NCBI GenBank assembly: GCA_028023455.1
Contig: JAQFVV010000004.1
Location: 23,436,001-23,500,000, forward strand
Direction of reading: 5' to 3'
DNA length: 64,000 bases
Origin: Epiperipatus broadwayi
Taxonomy: Eukaryota; Animalia; Onychophora
Part shown: one piece after another, positions 24,890 to 37,799 of the stretch
Layout: the number at the start of each line of letters is the position of its first letter
How positions within the stretch are numbered: position 1 is the stretch's first letter
Notes under the pieces: generated by a model
Databases searched by the model: none
Seen by the model: only the letters and a program-made list of their open reading frames with translations
Told to the model about the DNA's origin: nothing
Translations under genes and position numbers: made by a program

Positions 24890-27800
24890 ATGGTGTTATC
24901 TTCACAAAATATTAAAGAATTTGATGTCAGTAATCCAACGGACGGACTCTTTATGTTGAACAATTAGAGAGATATATGAGGTTAGATAAAATAGAAGATG
25001 ATATCTTGAAAGTTTCAACTTTACTGTTGTTGTCAGGAGCAGATGTTACAGATATTTTACAAATAGCTAAACAAGTTGTTGATGTGAAGACGCCAGAAAA
25101 ATTGCCATATACAACTTTAGTGGAGAAATTAACCACATATTTCCAGCTGACGATTAATAAAATAATCACATGTCTACATTTCAGAATGTGTAAACAACAG
25201 CCATGAGAAACTTGTTCTGAATATAACCTTGTTACATATTTTAGCAAGGGACTGCAAATTTTGTTCTGACTTTGATGATATGCTTCTAGACCAATTTCTT
25301 TTCGGCATGGTCGATCATAACTTAAGAAAAATGCTGCTTGCTGAAGTGGATATTGATTATAATAACTGGTATTGCCAAGTGGGTAACCCATGAACTAATG
25401 TTGACTAATGCACTAGAGTTCCAAACCGTATCTAAGGAGGAAGCCATTGCTATGACTATTTTCAATTCAAACAATTGTGCAATCATCTTCTCAACCTCCA
25501 AGTAAAGATCCAATTTGTTATTATTGTGGAAATAAAGATCATGCAAAAAATATATGTAAACTCAAAACACAGAAATGTTGTATTTGTAGAATTAAAGGCA
25601 ATCTGGCATGCGTTTGCAGAAAAGGAAACCTAGGTCAATAACAGTCAAATTGGAAATCGGTTGTGCTTACAACAAAGAAACCAGAAATAAAAATGTGTAA
25701 GGACTCTTTGAGTGAGCAAATTATGTTAGAATTGTTGTTGAAACTAAAATCACTATGGAGATAGATAGTGGAGCTGGATTATCCCTAGTATATCTCAATG
25801 ATTGGAATAAATTAAATTCCACAGCTAAGAATAAATTCACCTAAATATGACTAAGCATAATTGCAACTGATGTGAATGGAAATAACGTTGAAATCTGTGG
25901 CAAGGTTTATATTCCAGTTAAATTAAATAATAAGCATAAGACCTTACCACTGTACATAGTAAAAAGGAATATCAAACCATTACTTGGCCAAAACAGGTTG
26001 CGTCCATTAGACATCTCTATACAAGTCATTAAGACAATTAAATTAGAAACTGTTATACAGAAAAAATGCCCATAGTTGTTTTCAAAACATTTAACAACAC
26101 TAAATATAAATCCAGCGGATATTGAATTGTCTGATGATCCTCAGCCAGTGAAAAAGCTATTAATGAACTGGTAAAAGAAGGCATCCTATCATCAATTGAA
26201 GACTCAACATGGGCAACCCTAGTTGTAGTTATACTCAAACCAGATGGAAGTTTGTGTTTGTGTGGTGATTATAGAATCACATTTAATTGATACTTGATTC
26301 TCAAGTGCTTATCCGGTTCCCAGTGTTACAGAAATTTTGGCTTCATTACAAAAAGCTAATTTTCACAAAAATTGATTTACGATCAGTTTTCCATCAGATT
26401 CCAGTTACAGATAGAACTGCTAGATTATTAACATTGTGTACACACATCAGACTGTCTAAATGTAATAATCTACCTTATGGAATTACAACTGCACCAAATA
26501 TTTTCCAATCTAAAGTGGACCAATTGTTACATGGTCTAGACCAGGGGTGATTCCATACTTAGATGACATACTAATCTGTGCTGAATCTGAAACTGAATTA
26601 GAAAAATGTGTTTCAACAGTGTGCTCAAAATTGAATCAGGTTGGCATAAGAATTAATGCCAATAAATGTATTTGGTCTACACCTGAAATTAAGTTTTTGG
26701 GGTATGTCATAGATAAACATGGAAAATGCCCAAATCCAGATAAAGCGGATGCAGTTAGGAATGCACCTATCCTGAAAAATGTTAAGGACCTACAAGCATT
26801 TTTGGGTCTGCTTAATTTTTTTTGAGTTTTTTTTTTAAAGGCAAGGCACATGTCTTAACTCCAATCTATGACTTATTACATAAGAAAAAGCATTGGAAAT
26901 GGAAAAAAATACAACAGATTGCATTTGAAAAGGCAAAATATTTGTTATCCTGTGAAACTCTGTTAAGTTATTTTCAAAGTGATTTGGAAGATATTGTAAC
27001 CACGGACACTTTGAAATATGGTATTGGTGCTATCATTTCCCACTTAGAAAATAGCCATAAACAACCTATAGCATATGTATCTTGTATTTTATCACCTGCT
27101 AAAATCAATTATAGCCAGGTGGACAAAGAGGCTCTTACTATCATTTTCACTGTAAAAAAAATTTCACCAGTACATATATGGGCATAGTTTTACACTTTAT
27201 ATGAATCACCGACCATTATTGGGTATTTTTTCTAAGAATAAAAAAACCTCTGATTCTTCCAGTCAACGAATGATATGTTGGATCAACATCTTAGCTGCTT
27301 ATGATTACAATTTGATATAGAAACCTGGGGAAGAAAAAAAAGCATATGCCGATGCATTTTTACGCTTACCTATAAAGATGGATAAGCCACATGAATTTAT
27401 TGAAGTAAACTTACTCGAAGTTGTAAAAATGGGAGACCCATTAAATAGTGCTACAGTAGCAAAGTGGACTAAAAGGGATCCCAGATGTAATCAACTAAAG
27501 ACCTGGATTAGACTTGGATGGCCTAATCACTGGCCATATTTCTTTCATCCAGCTATATGGAATGCTTGACGTTATCTATCAGTCTGTAGTAACTGTGTTG
27601 TTAGAAATGATCATGTTTTTATACCAGAGGAGAGACATTCTCAAGTGCTTAAACTCTTAACATACAGGACATCCTGGGGTAGTGGAGATGAAGGCCCTGA
27701 CATGCTCTTATGTATGGTGGCCTCAAATCAATCACCAAATTGAACAGACAGTAAAAACAGGCTCAAATTGTCAAATAGCAGCCAATCTACCTGAAAAAAC

Positions 27801-28750
27801 ATTTAATTCCTGGACTGAATCGAATAAACCATGGGATGGTGTTCATATTGATCACACTGATCCTATCCCAGATTTATGATATTTGTGGCTGTGGATGCTT
27901 TTAGCAATTGGATAGAATATTGTACTGTATCTTCATTTACCACTAAATGCACCATTAAAGCATTAAAAGAGATTTTCTTCATTCACAGATACCCGAATGT
28001 TATAGTATCTGATAATGGAACTGGAACCGGTTTTACTTCAGCAGAATTCGAGACATTTTTATCCAATAAGGGGATACAACACATACTAACAACCGCTTAG
28101 CATCCTGCTTCAAATGGTTTGGCAGAAAAAAACAGTACAAACTCTCAAGACAAGTTTAAAGAAAAACCAGTTTTACAAAAATAGATGATGCATTGATAGA
28201 AATCATGTTCTTCGAATATTTTTTACCTAGTACAAAATATAGAAAAAATCACCTGCTGATCTATTGTTTAATAGAACTCATCGGACTCATCTTACTAAAA
28301 TCATGCCACAAACAGAAGTAATGAAACCAAATTCAGAAAATCTGAATAATCAAAAGACTTCCCCCAAAATTTGATATTCATGAAGAAGTATGGATATGAA
28401 ATATGCTTAAGAAACAATGGATATCTGGCATTGTTACTGGGATAATGTCCAAGGTTATACATACAATAAAGCTCCAAAATAATTCATCTGTTAGAAGGCA
28501 TATAGATCATTTACAAAGATTTATTGCTGCACCATTAGAAGAGAAAAAAATCCAATGGAAAATAACAACCAATGGGTGTTTTTGCCCAAAGAAGAAAGGG
28601 AATAATTACCCCCAGTAATATTGACAGAAGATTTAACTGAAAGGGCTCCTGGTCCTGGGCAAACTAAGCTAAACAGTGAAATGAAGACCATACATTGCCT
28701 AACTCAAAAATAAACCACCAATGAGATTTAAGGACTATGTTCTAGAATAG
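24890..28750 (+). pseudogene. Disrupted gag-pol
   Basis: EFDVSNP...YMRLDKIEDD (gag), EIDSGAG (PR, about 25760), PYLDDILI (RT), TTD..KYGIGAIISH (RH), HPG..MKAL..SYVWWP, HID, VDAFS.W.E, VSDNG..FTS.EF and HPASNGLAE (IN), ending PPMRFKDYVLE*. Confidence 0.93.
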
Positions 28751-28763
28751 AGGGAGGTACTCT

Positions 28764-28775
28764 GAGAAGCGGAAA
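28764..28775 (+). other. Polypurine tract
   Basis: gagaagcggaaa immediately precedes the 3' LTR tgtaatg. Confidence 0.6.
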
Positions 28776-29146
28776 TGTAATGTTTTATACTGCCATTTAA
28801 ATTAGGACTTAAAAGTAGTAGAATTAAGGAAGTCTTCAGCAATGAAGAAGACAAGACCTACAATGGATAAGGTAAAGTCTTATATTAACTGAAATGAGTG
28901 CATAATGAAACTCATAAATTACAGACTACAAATGAATTTGAAATTTAAGTTTTATATTAATATTTGAGACATGAATATTGAGTCATGTCTTCAATTAACT
29001 ATTTCATATAATCATTATATCTTATTATGATTATTATTATTATTGTGTTTCTAAATAATAAATATATTATGACCTCAGCCTGTCTTATATTTCATTTATT
29101 CATTTCTTTTCGGGCGAGCCATGACTTAGCTGAATACAGAGCAACA
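28776..29146 (+). repeat. 3' LTR (371 bp)
   Basis: TG...CA ends (tgtaatg...gagcaaca). It has many substitutions and a roughly 20-bp AT-rich insertion relative to the 5' LTR. Confidence 0.9.
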
Positions 29147-29849
29147 CACATACTCTTTAAAATAACTTGTTATCAAACAATAAAATTAATATAGCTTAAA
29201 TGCATTTTTAAATTTTATAGTTTTGACTAAAAAATGAAGATTATGCATTATTTTGCTATCAAAGGACAGTTTTGAGCATCTGGTAAATCTGTTTGATAAT
29301 TCATAACACAGTGATCAACTTTTAGATTTTTCTACTTATAGATTACATTTATTATTAGTTACTAGTTAACATTATACTATTTAACTAGATATATATATAT
29401 TATTACAGTTTTGAATAAATTGATACATATTTTTAAAAAATGCGCACACATAATATAGTTAATAAAATAATAGGCTTAATTAGTTCTTTCTTTTTCAGTT
29501 TGCCTTTTTACTAGCAAGAGGAATGAATAATCTTTCCCTAATCATCATAATTAGTTTTTTACATTTTCCTACAAAATGAAAACTGGAAAGAGAAAAAAAT
29601 GATTTTTTCTGATTGAGGGATAAAAAGCTGTCATAAACTTTTATTTTAAAATTGTAACAAACTTTTTCCATTGATCATTTATAAACTATTTATGGGGACA
29701 TTTCTGCAAAAAAGAGAAGAAAAAAATTTGATTTTTAATTGTAAACACTTCTAACAGATATTAAAATTATTTGCTTATGTATTTAATAAATTAATTTTTT
29801 TTTAAATAAATATTTATTAGAATAGAAGAATTATAATTTAATACTGTTA

Positions 29850-29990
29850 TTGGGCCATATTAATAAAGATTTCCATTTAAGTTGCTTTTCTTTCCTCATC
29901 GAGTCATTTCTGTTTATCCAACTCTGTGTATATTTCCAATTGTGTTCAAGACTTCGCTCAATATAAAAGTCTAACATTTGAAATCTTAAA
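29850..29990 (-). mobile_element. RTE LINE C-terminal fragment
   Basis: The minus strand reads ...SWINRNDSMRKEKQLKWKSLLIWP, similar to the RTE W.R...LKW.WAGH region. Confidence 0.45.
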
Positions 29991-30180
29991 TTTAATTTCT
30001 ACTTTTAATTATAATGATTTATTTTTTAGCAAGAAATAAATAAAGAAGCTCATAATGTAATACCATTAAAAAAGTGGCAAATATTGCATACCAACACCAT
30101 CTTTAACTATTATCTTTCGATCTTGGCATTTTGTTCCTAGCAACCAATGACAAAATGTTATCAGTCAATCACATTATTTT

Positions 30181-30291
30181 TTTTTTTTTCCATATGTCAT
30201 AGCATCGGCCGGGACGCGAACCCACACCCGTCTGCAACCAACTACTTGCTTGCAAGGCAGGTGCGATGACCTCTCGGCTAACAACGCTTGA
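30181..30291 (-). mobile_element. tRNA-derived SINE with poly(A) tail and 15-bp TSD
   Basis: A box TAGCCGAGAGG, B box GGTTCGCGTCC and anticodon-like arm cctgc-cttgcaa-gcaag. caatcacattatttt is repeated at 30166-30180 and 30292-30306. Confidence 0.9.
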
Positions 30292-31559
30292 CAATCACAT
30301 TATTTTGCTTCTCAACCACAACTATTTACAGAATTCGCTATTAATAACAATAATGAATTTAAACAAAGAGAAATCTTTACTGCTCTCCATCTGAATTATA
30401 ATACAATTTTCAGTACAGAAGACCATCAATTTTGTTAAGAAAGATATCAAGCTTAGATATAGCTTTATTAGGATTTACGTTTCTTTTATTTAGCAGTCAC
30501 AAATATTATGCAACAATGTGCAAAATTTTAAGTCAATAAACTGATTATTAACTATGATAGGAAATATAGCTCATAGTTAATAAGTAATAAAAATGAAAAC
30601 GTGTTGATTACTATGATAAATCTGTTACTTTCAATAGTATTAATATTAACAAACTGTTCAAGAAAATAAAAGTTTTTAATCACGGTACTAGATAACAAAA
30701 GAAGCAGCAATTTTATTGTAGATAGTTTATTAATTTATTTCAGCATCAGAATCTGGTAAAGCAAAAAATAAAACAATACATTATTAGTAATTATTTTTTG
30801 ACAATATTTTCTTTGTTAACAATTCCAAAGAACTAAATGAAAGTTTATAATGGATGTCCCTAACAATAATGAATTATTTATGAGAATAATATTTTTTTAT
30901 ATAAAGTTCCATAAGCTTTCCACATCATAGGAAAAATGTCATAAAGTGTTATCATCTGGTTTATGCCTGTTTCTTTGAATCATTATACCAGCACAGATTA
31001 TGTCAAAACCAATAAATATATGTTTTGCTTATTTATTTCTTTGATTTTCATATGAAAACATTTTATAGAATATTCTGATACATTGCTATGATATTCAATT
31101 ACTTTTTATAGTGTCTGAACATATGAATACCATTATAAGTATTAAAAAAAAATAATGGTTGATATTATTTCAATATAATCAGCATAATATGGTGCAGTTA
31201 CTAATTCTTTGCTAATTGATCTCCTTGAAAATCTGATTTATTTTGCACTGTCCTGTTTTTTACATTTGCAACAAATTTGCTACATTTGCATAATATGAAT
31301 TCAATCTTTAAATTTTGATATGGGTTCTCATTGATTTCAGTTTATATAAATATAATTATTTGGATTCATTCTGTACTATGGCTTATAAAAATATTTAAAA
31401 TTAACATTGTGATGCAGGATTTAGGACACTCTGTAAAAAAAAAAAGCTATCAAATTCAACAACATAAAAATTTATTTTACTCTTTTATGCATTTTATATT
31501 ATTATTAGATTGAGATTGTTGGTTGTTATTGATATTGATAATGATTAGGCACTTTAAAT

Positions 31560-33151
31560 CAGTGGTCTTCAACCACCGGTCCATGGACCGGCACCGGCCG
31601 CAGAAGTTTTCTGCTGGTCCGCTGCTAGACTGGCAAAAAAGTTTGTAATAACAAAATAATAAGATTTTAAACTTTTAATTAATATAAACAATTTTTATTT
31701 ATTTTTTCATCATATTTTTTCCCGATTAAAAAAAAAGAAACAGAACAAAAAAAAAATCTAATCAATCATACATAAATTAATTTGTTTTTCTATTTATCAC
31801 AGATGTTTATGGGGGGGGGGGTAGAAAAAAGTTTTTTATTATACAAACTCCGGTTGTCTTTTGATAGCCAATCACGGCCGCTTGTCAGCATTGTTAAAAC
31901 AATAAAATGTAACGTGACTTTTTTTGATCTCTTAAATTTTTTCTACTCTCTCTTTTAATATTTCATTTTTAGTGGTTTTTTTTTGGCTATACAGCAATTT
32001 TTTTTTTTTTTGGCTTTAACTTTTATTTTTGAAATCAATTTTTATTACTTTTTTTAAAAAATAAAACCAAAAAATAAGTTCTGTCTCTAACTTTTACAAA
32101 GTATTTCTCAATACACCCCCACCACCCCAAAATAAAGTAAAATCAAAACTTTTGACTTTTTCAAGTTTCAGTTTTTTTTTTTGTTTAAAAATACAGCCAC
32201 TTTTTTTTTTTTTAGCCTATAAGGCGATATCTTTTTTGCCTTTGTATACCGCTGATATACTAAAACTTTTATTTTTAAAACCAATTTTTATTACCTTTTT
32301 TAAAAATAAAAACAAACCAAAAATAACTGTTGTCTCAGTGAAGACAAAGTATTTCTCAACCCACTTCCCCCAAAAAAATTAAAATAAGATCTTTTTTGGC
32401 TTTAACTTTTATTTTTGAAATCAATTTTTATTACCTTTTTTTAAAAATAAAAACCAAAAAATAAGTTCTGTCTCTAACTTTTACAAAGTATTTCTCAATA
32501 CACCCCCACCACCCCAAAATAAAGTAAGATCAAAACTTTTGACTTTTTCAAGTTTCGTTTTTTTTTTTTTTGTTTAAAAATATGCCCACTTTTTTTTTGG
32601 CCTATAAGGCAATATTTTTTTTGGCTTTATTTGTATACCGCTAAAATACTAAAACTTTTATTTTTAAAACCAATTTCTGTTACCTTTTTTTAAAAATAAA
32701 AACAAACAAAAAATAACTTTGGTGTCTATCTTTTGTCTCAGTGATGACAAAGTATTTCTCAACCCACTCCCCCCCCCCAAAAAAAAAAATAAGATCAAAA
32801 CTTTTGACTTTTTCAACATTCAGGTGAATAACATTTTATTCTTGCATGTTTTAACAATGAAATAATAAACGTAAAATGCAAGCACATTAATGAGAACGAT
32901 TGTTATTGTACTGTTTTCTGTAGCAGTATGACTGCGCAACTCGAGAAAGAGTGTTCAGCATGTGAAGGTAAGCAACACCATTACAATACACAATAACTAG
33001 TATGCTGTTTTGGTCAGTTATAACAATTATGCTTATCTAAGGCTAAGCAGGTTACATCTTTAAGAAAATTTATCTGTAAACTTCTGCCAGTCCACAAAAT
33101 CTTATCCTTATTTTTACCGGTCAGCAGGTGTGAAAAGGTTGAAGATCACTG
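31560..33151. mobile_element. Non-autonomous hAT (Buster/Charlie-type) DNA transposon
   Basis: 15-bp TIR cagtggtcttcaacc / ggttgaagatcactg (1 mismatch). 8-bp TSD ctttaaat on both sides with central TA. Subterminal palindrome ccggtccatggaccgg. Internal roughly 385-bp tandem duplication (about 32005-32810). No transposase ORF. Confidence 0.93.
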
Positions 33152-34449
33152 CTTTAAATCCCTAAACATCACATGATCACTATTTCTTATGTTAGGACAT
33201 TACTGTTATTAAAACAGGCAAACTCTCCATACAGTAGTGCCACTCAGTGCCAACCACAGTAATCAATGGATGCCAGAAGGCTTGTGCATAAAATCACTTT
33301 CATGTATTTATATTGATATCTGTCTAGCCTTGAGCATTGTTAGCTTTATTACAAAAATAATATATAGTTGGAATATAGTTTGAAAGTTATAATTTTAATT
33401 TGAAAGTTATATTTGATTATTTGTTAATCTCCTTTCAGAACAGGTTAGGTTTACCTGTTTAATGAGGTTTATTTAAACTTCTTTGAATTAATGATTTTTT
33501 TTTTTTTTGTAGTCAATTTGCAATCTTTAGTATCTAGTTTAGTTTCAAAAACAGGTTTATTTAACTATGTTTACAATAAAGAAAAAATTATAAAATAACA
33601 TTAAATTTGGCAATACATTTATAAACCATTAAATTACTTAATGTCCAATATTAATAAGATTCCATGTGGAATTTGCTATTAGGTGAGGAGTTAACTTCAA
33701 ATCTCTTTCTTTGATATCTTTTAATTTTTGTAAAAAAATTAATGTTGGATCAGGTATAACAGACTTGAAGATTATGAAGCATCTGACAAACCATAGACAG
33801 AAAGTGATGAAAGTATCTATATAAGCATATTAATCCACAAATAAAGGTGGAATTTCATCCTTGTTGTTTAAAGCAGGTTGTCTTCACAGTAGATTGAGGT
33901 TGTTATTGATACTGGTAATGTTTAGGTGTTAACTGCTTTCACGTATTTATATTGATACTAGCCTTGAGCAGTTAGCTTTATTATATTTTATCATTGAAAA
34001 AAATTGATGGCAAGAATAAATAAGCTATGAGATAACATTTTACACATAAATGAATTATTAACATAGTCCTAATGTTTACATAAAATAACAGTAAAGTAAT
34101 AAGATCTGTTCATTTTCACCAAGATTGGTAGATTATCCCAGGGTCCAAATTCTCAGGAACCTTGTACATGCTCTCATTATATATAGAAGTGTTCTCTCTA
34201 TTCTTTTTCTACTACTATGGTTTATTTTTTCTTTAATTAACTGACTTCTGGAAATAAGATTATTTTTACTTAATGAATTACTAGATATAATGGAGAGAAC
34301 AAAAGAATTATGTTAATTTTTAAATATATATATGGATCAGAAAAGTTTTTAATTCTTTTTCATCTATTTGTATATTTTAATCTTTTCAAGATAAATATTT
34401 TAGGAAATTGTCTCTAATCTTAATTTTTATGTTTGTAGCTTGTACACAT

Positions 34450-36100
34450 TTTTACATGCTTAACTAAATTACTATAATAAAAAATTATCAATTACCTTCA
34501 TCCTTTACAGAAATCATGTGTTTATATGCTTCTTCAATGTATATATACATTCTTAAGGCATCTTGGTGATTAATCTGATTTTGAAATTTCTATAACTTCT
34601 GTTCCTTTTCATTCTCCACTTGTTCCAAATCTTTAGCTCAAGGTGCTTATACATGAACAGCTAGTTCTCCCATCTACTGGCATGGCATCTGTTCAAGAGT
34701 TATTGTAAATTTGCTGGCTAATTAATTAATCTTTGAACTTTAAATTGTGATGAAAATGATCTCTATTTTTTGTTCAGACTAATATTATTTTTCTTAAAAG
34801 ACAGCAATTTAAGCAGAATTTTAGCAGAATTTTAAAAATGATTCTAGACCTAGACATTATCAATTTATGAAATACTTAGATATAATTTTTGCATTAACAT
34901 GCAGTTTATGATAATATCCTTAACAGTTATAATGATGTAGATCTAGCAGATCCATGAACATTGCTTATGGGTCAAGACATCTTTGCTTATCACAAATTTC
35001 ATTTACTAGATGGTCTTATTGGCAAGTTTATCAAACTTTGGGCAGTATGACAATGTTAATACATGTACCATACACCATTCTTTTAATGTTTGATTTTTTC
35101 TGATGTGAAAACTGTCCAATTATTTGCAACAAGCAATTCTGGAATACTATTACAAGTTTCACAAAAGCCTTGAAATTTTTGTTTATGAACTCATATTTTT
35201 TACCCAGTCAATAGTCTATCCATCTAGAATATGCATTACTAAAGACAAGGAAATTATGGCTGCTGAATGTTTCAGCATGATTGACACATACTGTATTACT
35301 TCTTTTCTGACACATTTTATATTTAATATAAATTTTCAGATTCATATTTAATCCTGGTCACCAAACATACTAGCTAACTAAAGTTTTAGTCATGACAGTT
35401 GTGACTAGAGTCAATCAATTCCAGGATCATCACTCTTCTTTGAGTTGAAATGATAATCCTTAATCCTGTTGCTTGCACACATTCCAGAATGATTGCAGCA
35501 ATTTAAGGCATCTCTTATTCACTTTTGTCCATTCAGTAAACTCTTTATTGTACTCTGGGCATCATAGCATGAATAAAATGGGTGTGTCTTTGTTAGGTAA
35601 TAACAATCAAAAACTTTTGTAGATTTTTTGATTTCCCATTTTTATATTAGTTTGTACTCATATGAGGTAAATATTCCAAATGTATCATATATGGACTTAA
35701 GTGAGCCTCTAAAATATTTTCCTCCAAAATGCTCAAAATGGGACTTATGGTTTATAATAACCCCCCTGCCCCCAACTCAGATGAATATTGGTAAAAATTA
35801 TTCAGTCTAAAAATTATTGCTGAAGATTCCTTACCAACTGTTTATAATTTTTTTCAGCATAAGAGAAGAATCTGGAGACAAACTATTGACCTATTTCCTG
35901 GTGTAGGAATTATGGATCAACATCACCACTATTCTGAATTCAAACATATCTTCCATTAATATTGTTTTGATGAGAAACAAGCAGTGCCTTGATGTTGTGA
36001 AAAGCTTCTACCCGAGATGTACTCTAATTTCAATTTTGATCTTTTTCAGAATTTCTTCAAAAAGTATAATAGTCCTAAGAATGATTGTAATTCCTATGCT
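34450..36100 (-). mobile_element. Highly decayed LINE (RTE-like) remnant
   Basis: Scattered minus-strand traces of APE-like sequence (about 35950), FMDL (about 34950) and C-terminal sequence; no open frame. Confidence 0.4.
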
Positions 36101-37691
36101 GTTTTCATGGTTTCACAGTTTTCTTTATTTTATATATTTTTTCATCATAATGTGATTGACATTGATTCATGGCTCAAAAAACATAATAATATCTTTTAAT
36201 TTTTGTGCATTCTTTTATATAATAAATGAAATTCACTAAAATACTTCATGAGTGCCCAACATGATTCATTGATATACAAGCCCTACAAAGATATCTAATT
36301 TTATAAATAATATTTCTTTTTTCTTTATAAATATTTTTTATATTATTAATTAATCTGTTAAATAGAACTCAACATGCAATATTAAAATATTTTTCAAATA
36401 TATGCTTCAAGCCATTTCTATTATAAAAATTAAATGAAATAAAAATTCATTTTTTAGAGTTTACATTTTGATTACGATGCAGTATAAATTTTTAAATAAT
36501 AATATGAATTAAACAATTTTATATTTTACATTCAACAAATACTTTCTATATCTATAAATATTCTCATTTTCTATTAGACACAGTTTTTTATTGTGATATA
36601 GGAAACATTTTAGATCAGTCATTTTATGAATAAAAGGAATCTTGGAATTAGGATCAATATATACATATTCACATATTGGTTTTACCAACATTATGTAATT
36701 TATGCATTCAGACAATTGAAAAATATGCAAAAATGAAAACAATGAATAGTATCCTTTTTTTCTCCCATTCAAATAAGAACATCTTTCACGTATCTAATTA
36801 AATCTTAATCAAATTTTGAAAAACTTGATCAATAATTTCTACAGTAAAGAATCTGAAAACTTATTACCATAGCTTGCACCAATAATTTTACTTATTAATT
36901 GTGAGAAATTAATAATTTGCATATTAATACCTTTAAACAATAAAGCTATACTAATTAGATCACAAGACTCAAATGTATTAATTGAAATATTCATTTAAAT
37001 AATATCTAAAGATGCGATCTTATAATAACAGACTCATATATACTGTTATGAAAAGCAGAATCAATCATCAATCTTATGGAACATCTAGCTTGTGTAATAG
37101 CAGTAGATGGATATAAGCTCACTTTATTAACATAATTTCTTTGGGCTTTTTTTTTTTAAAGAACATTGTTTATAATCTCCAATCATTATGCTTTAATATA
37201 ATATATATCTATTTGATGAATGTCTAATTTTTATTAAATATAATTCTATTTTTATCATCGTATTGTAACTTTGACATAATATATAAATGATCGTTTTTAA
37301 TCCTCTCAAAGATAAACCATATCGTTACATTTGAAATACACCCACAAATTCATAACTGACTTTTAAATTATTTTTAGTTATATGAGAGGCTTCACTTTTA
37401 ATTTATTTAAAAGATTTTGGAATCTCTAATTTGGAAAGTATGTTTATAATATGTATATAAAGATTATAATTTAGAAATATTATATATTTTCAGTGCTTCA
37501 TACTAAATAATCATTGTTTACTTATAACGTTACTAAAGTTAATAAAATATATAGATAGATCTTAATGATGTAAGGCCATATACAGTAAAATGTTAAAATA
37601 CATTATGTTTAAAAGAAGGACAAACAATAGAAACTATCTGATGATAAAGAGTTACTATTTGATCATCATTATCACCTAACTAATCTATCAA

Positions 37692-37799
37692 AGTCAAGCA
37701 TCGGTAGTCGAGAGGTCAGCGACAGCTGCTTTACAAGCAGTTGGCCCCCGGGTTTGCGGGTTCGCTTCCCGGCTGATGCTATGACACATGAGAAAAAAC
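37692..37799 (+). mobile_element. Second tRNA-derived SINE of the same family, with 14-bp TSD
   Basis: Full cloverleaf: acceptor gcatcgg/ctgatgc, D stem gtcg/cgac, anticodon arm gctgc-tttacaa-gcagt, long variable arm, B box ggttcgcttccc. aactaatctatcaa is repeated at 37678-37691 and 37800-37813. Confidence 0.9.

Larger units (their letters stand above)
24438..29146 (+). mobile_element. Full-structure but inactivated Ty3/Gypsy LTR retrotransposon (Mag/K02A2.6-like)
   Basis: Two homologous LTRs, a TGG-starting PBS, a PPT, and gag-PR-RT-RH-IN in Gypsy order, all with many stops and frameshifts. Confidence 0.95.

Noticed and set aside
33650-33760. Mcr exon suggested by RFEVN on the minus strand
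   Set aside because: The frame closes with a stop shortly after, no suitable splice sites in the required phase were found, and the neighbouring frame looks like TE debris.
30181-37799. Functional tRNA-Ala and tRNA-Val genes
   Set aside because: TSDs, A tails, mismatched stems and long variable arms atypical for Ala/Val indicate SINE copies.
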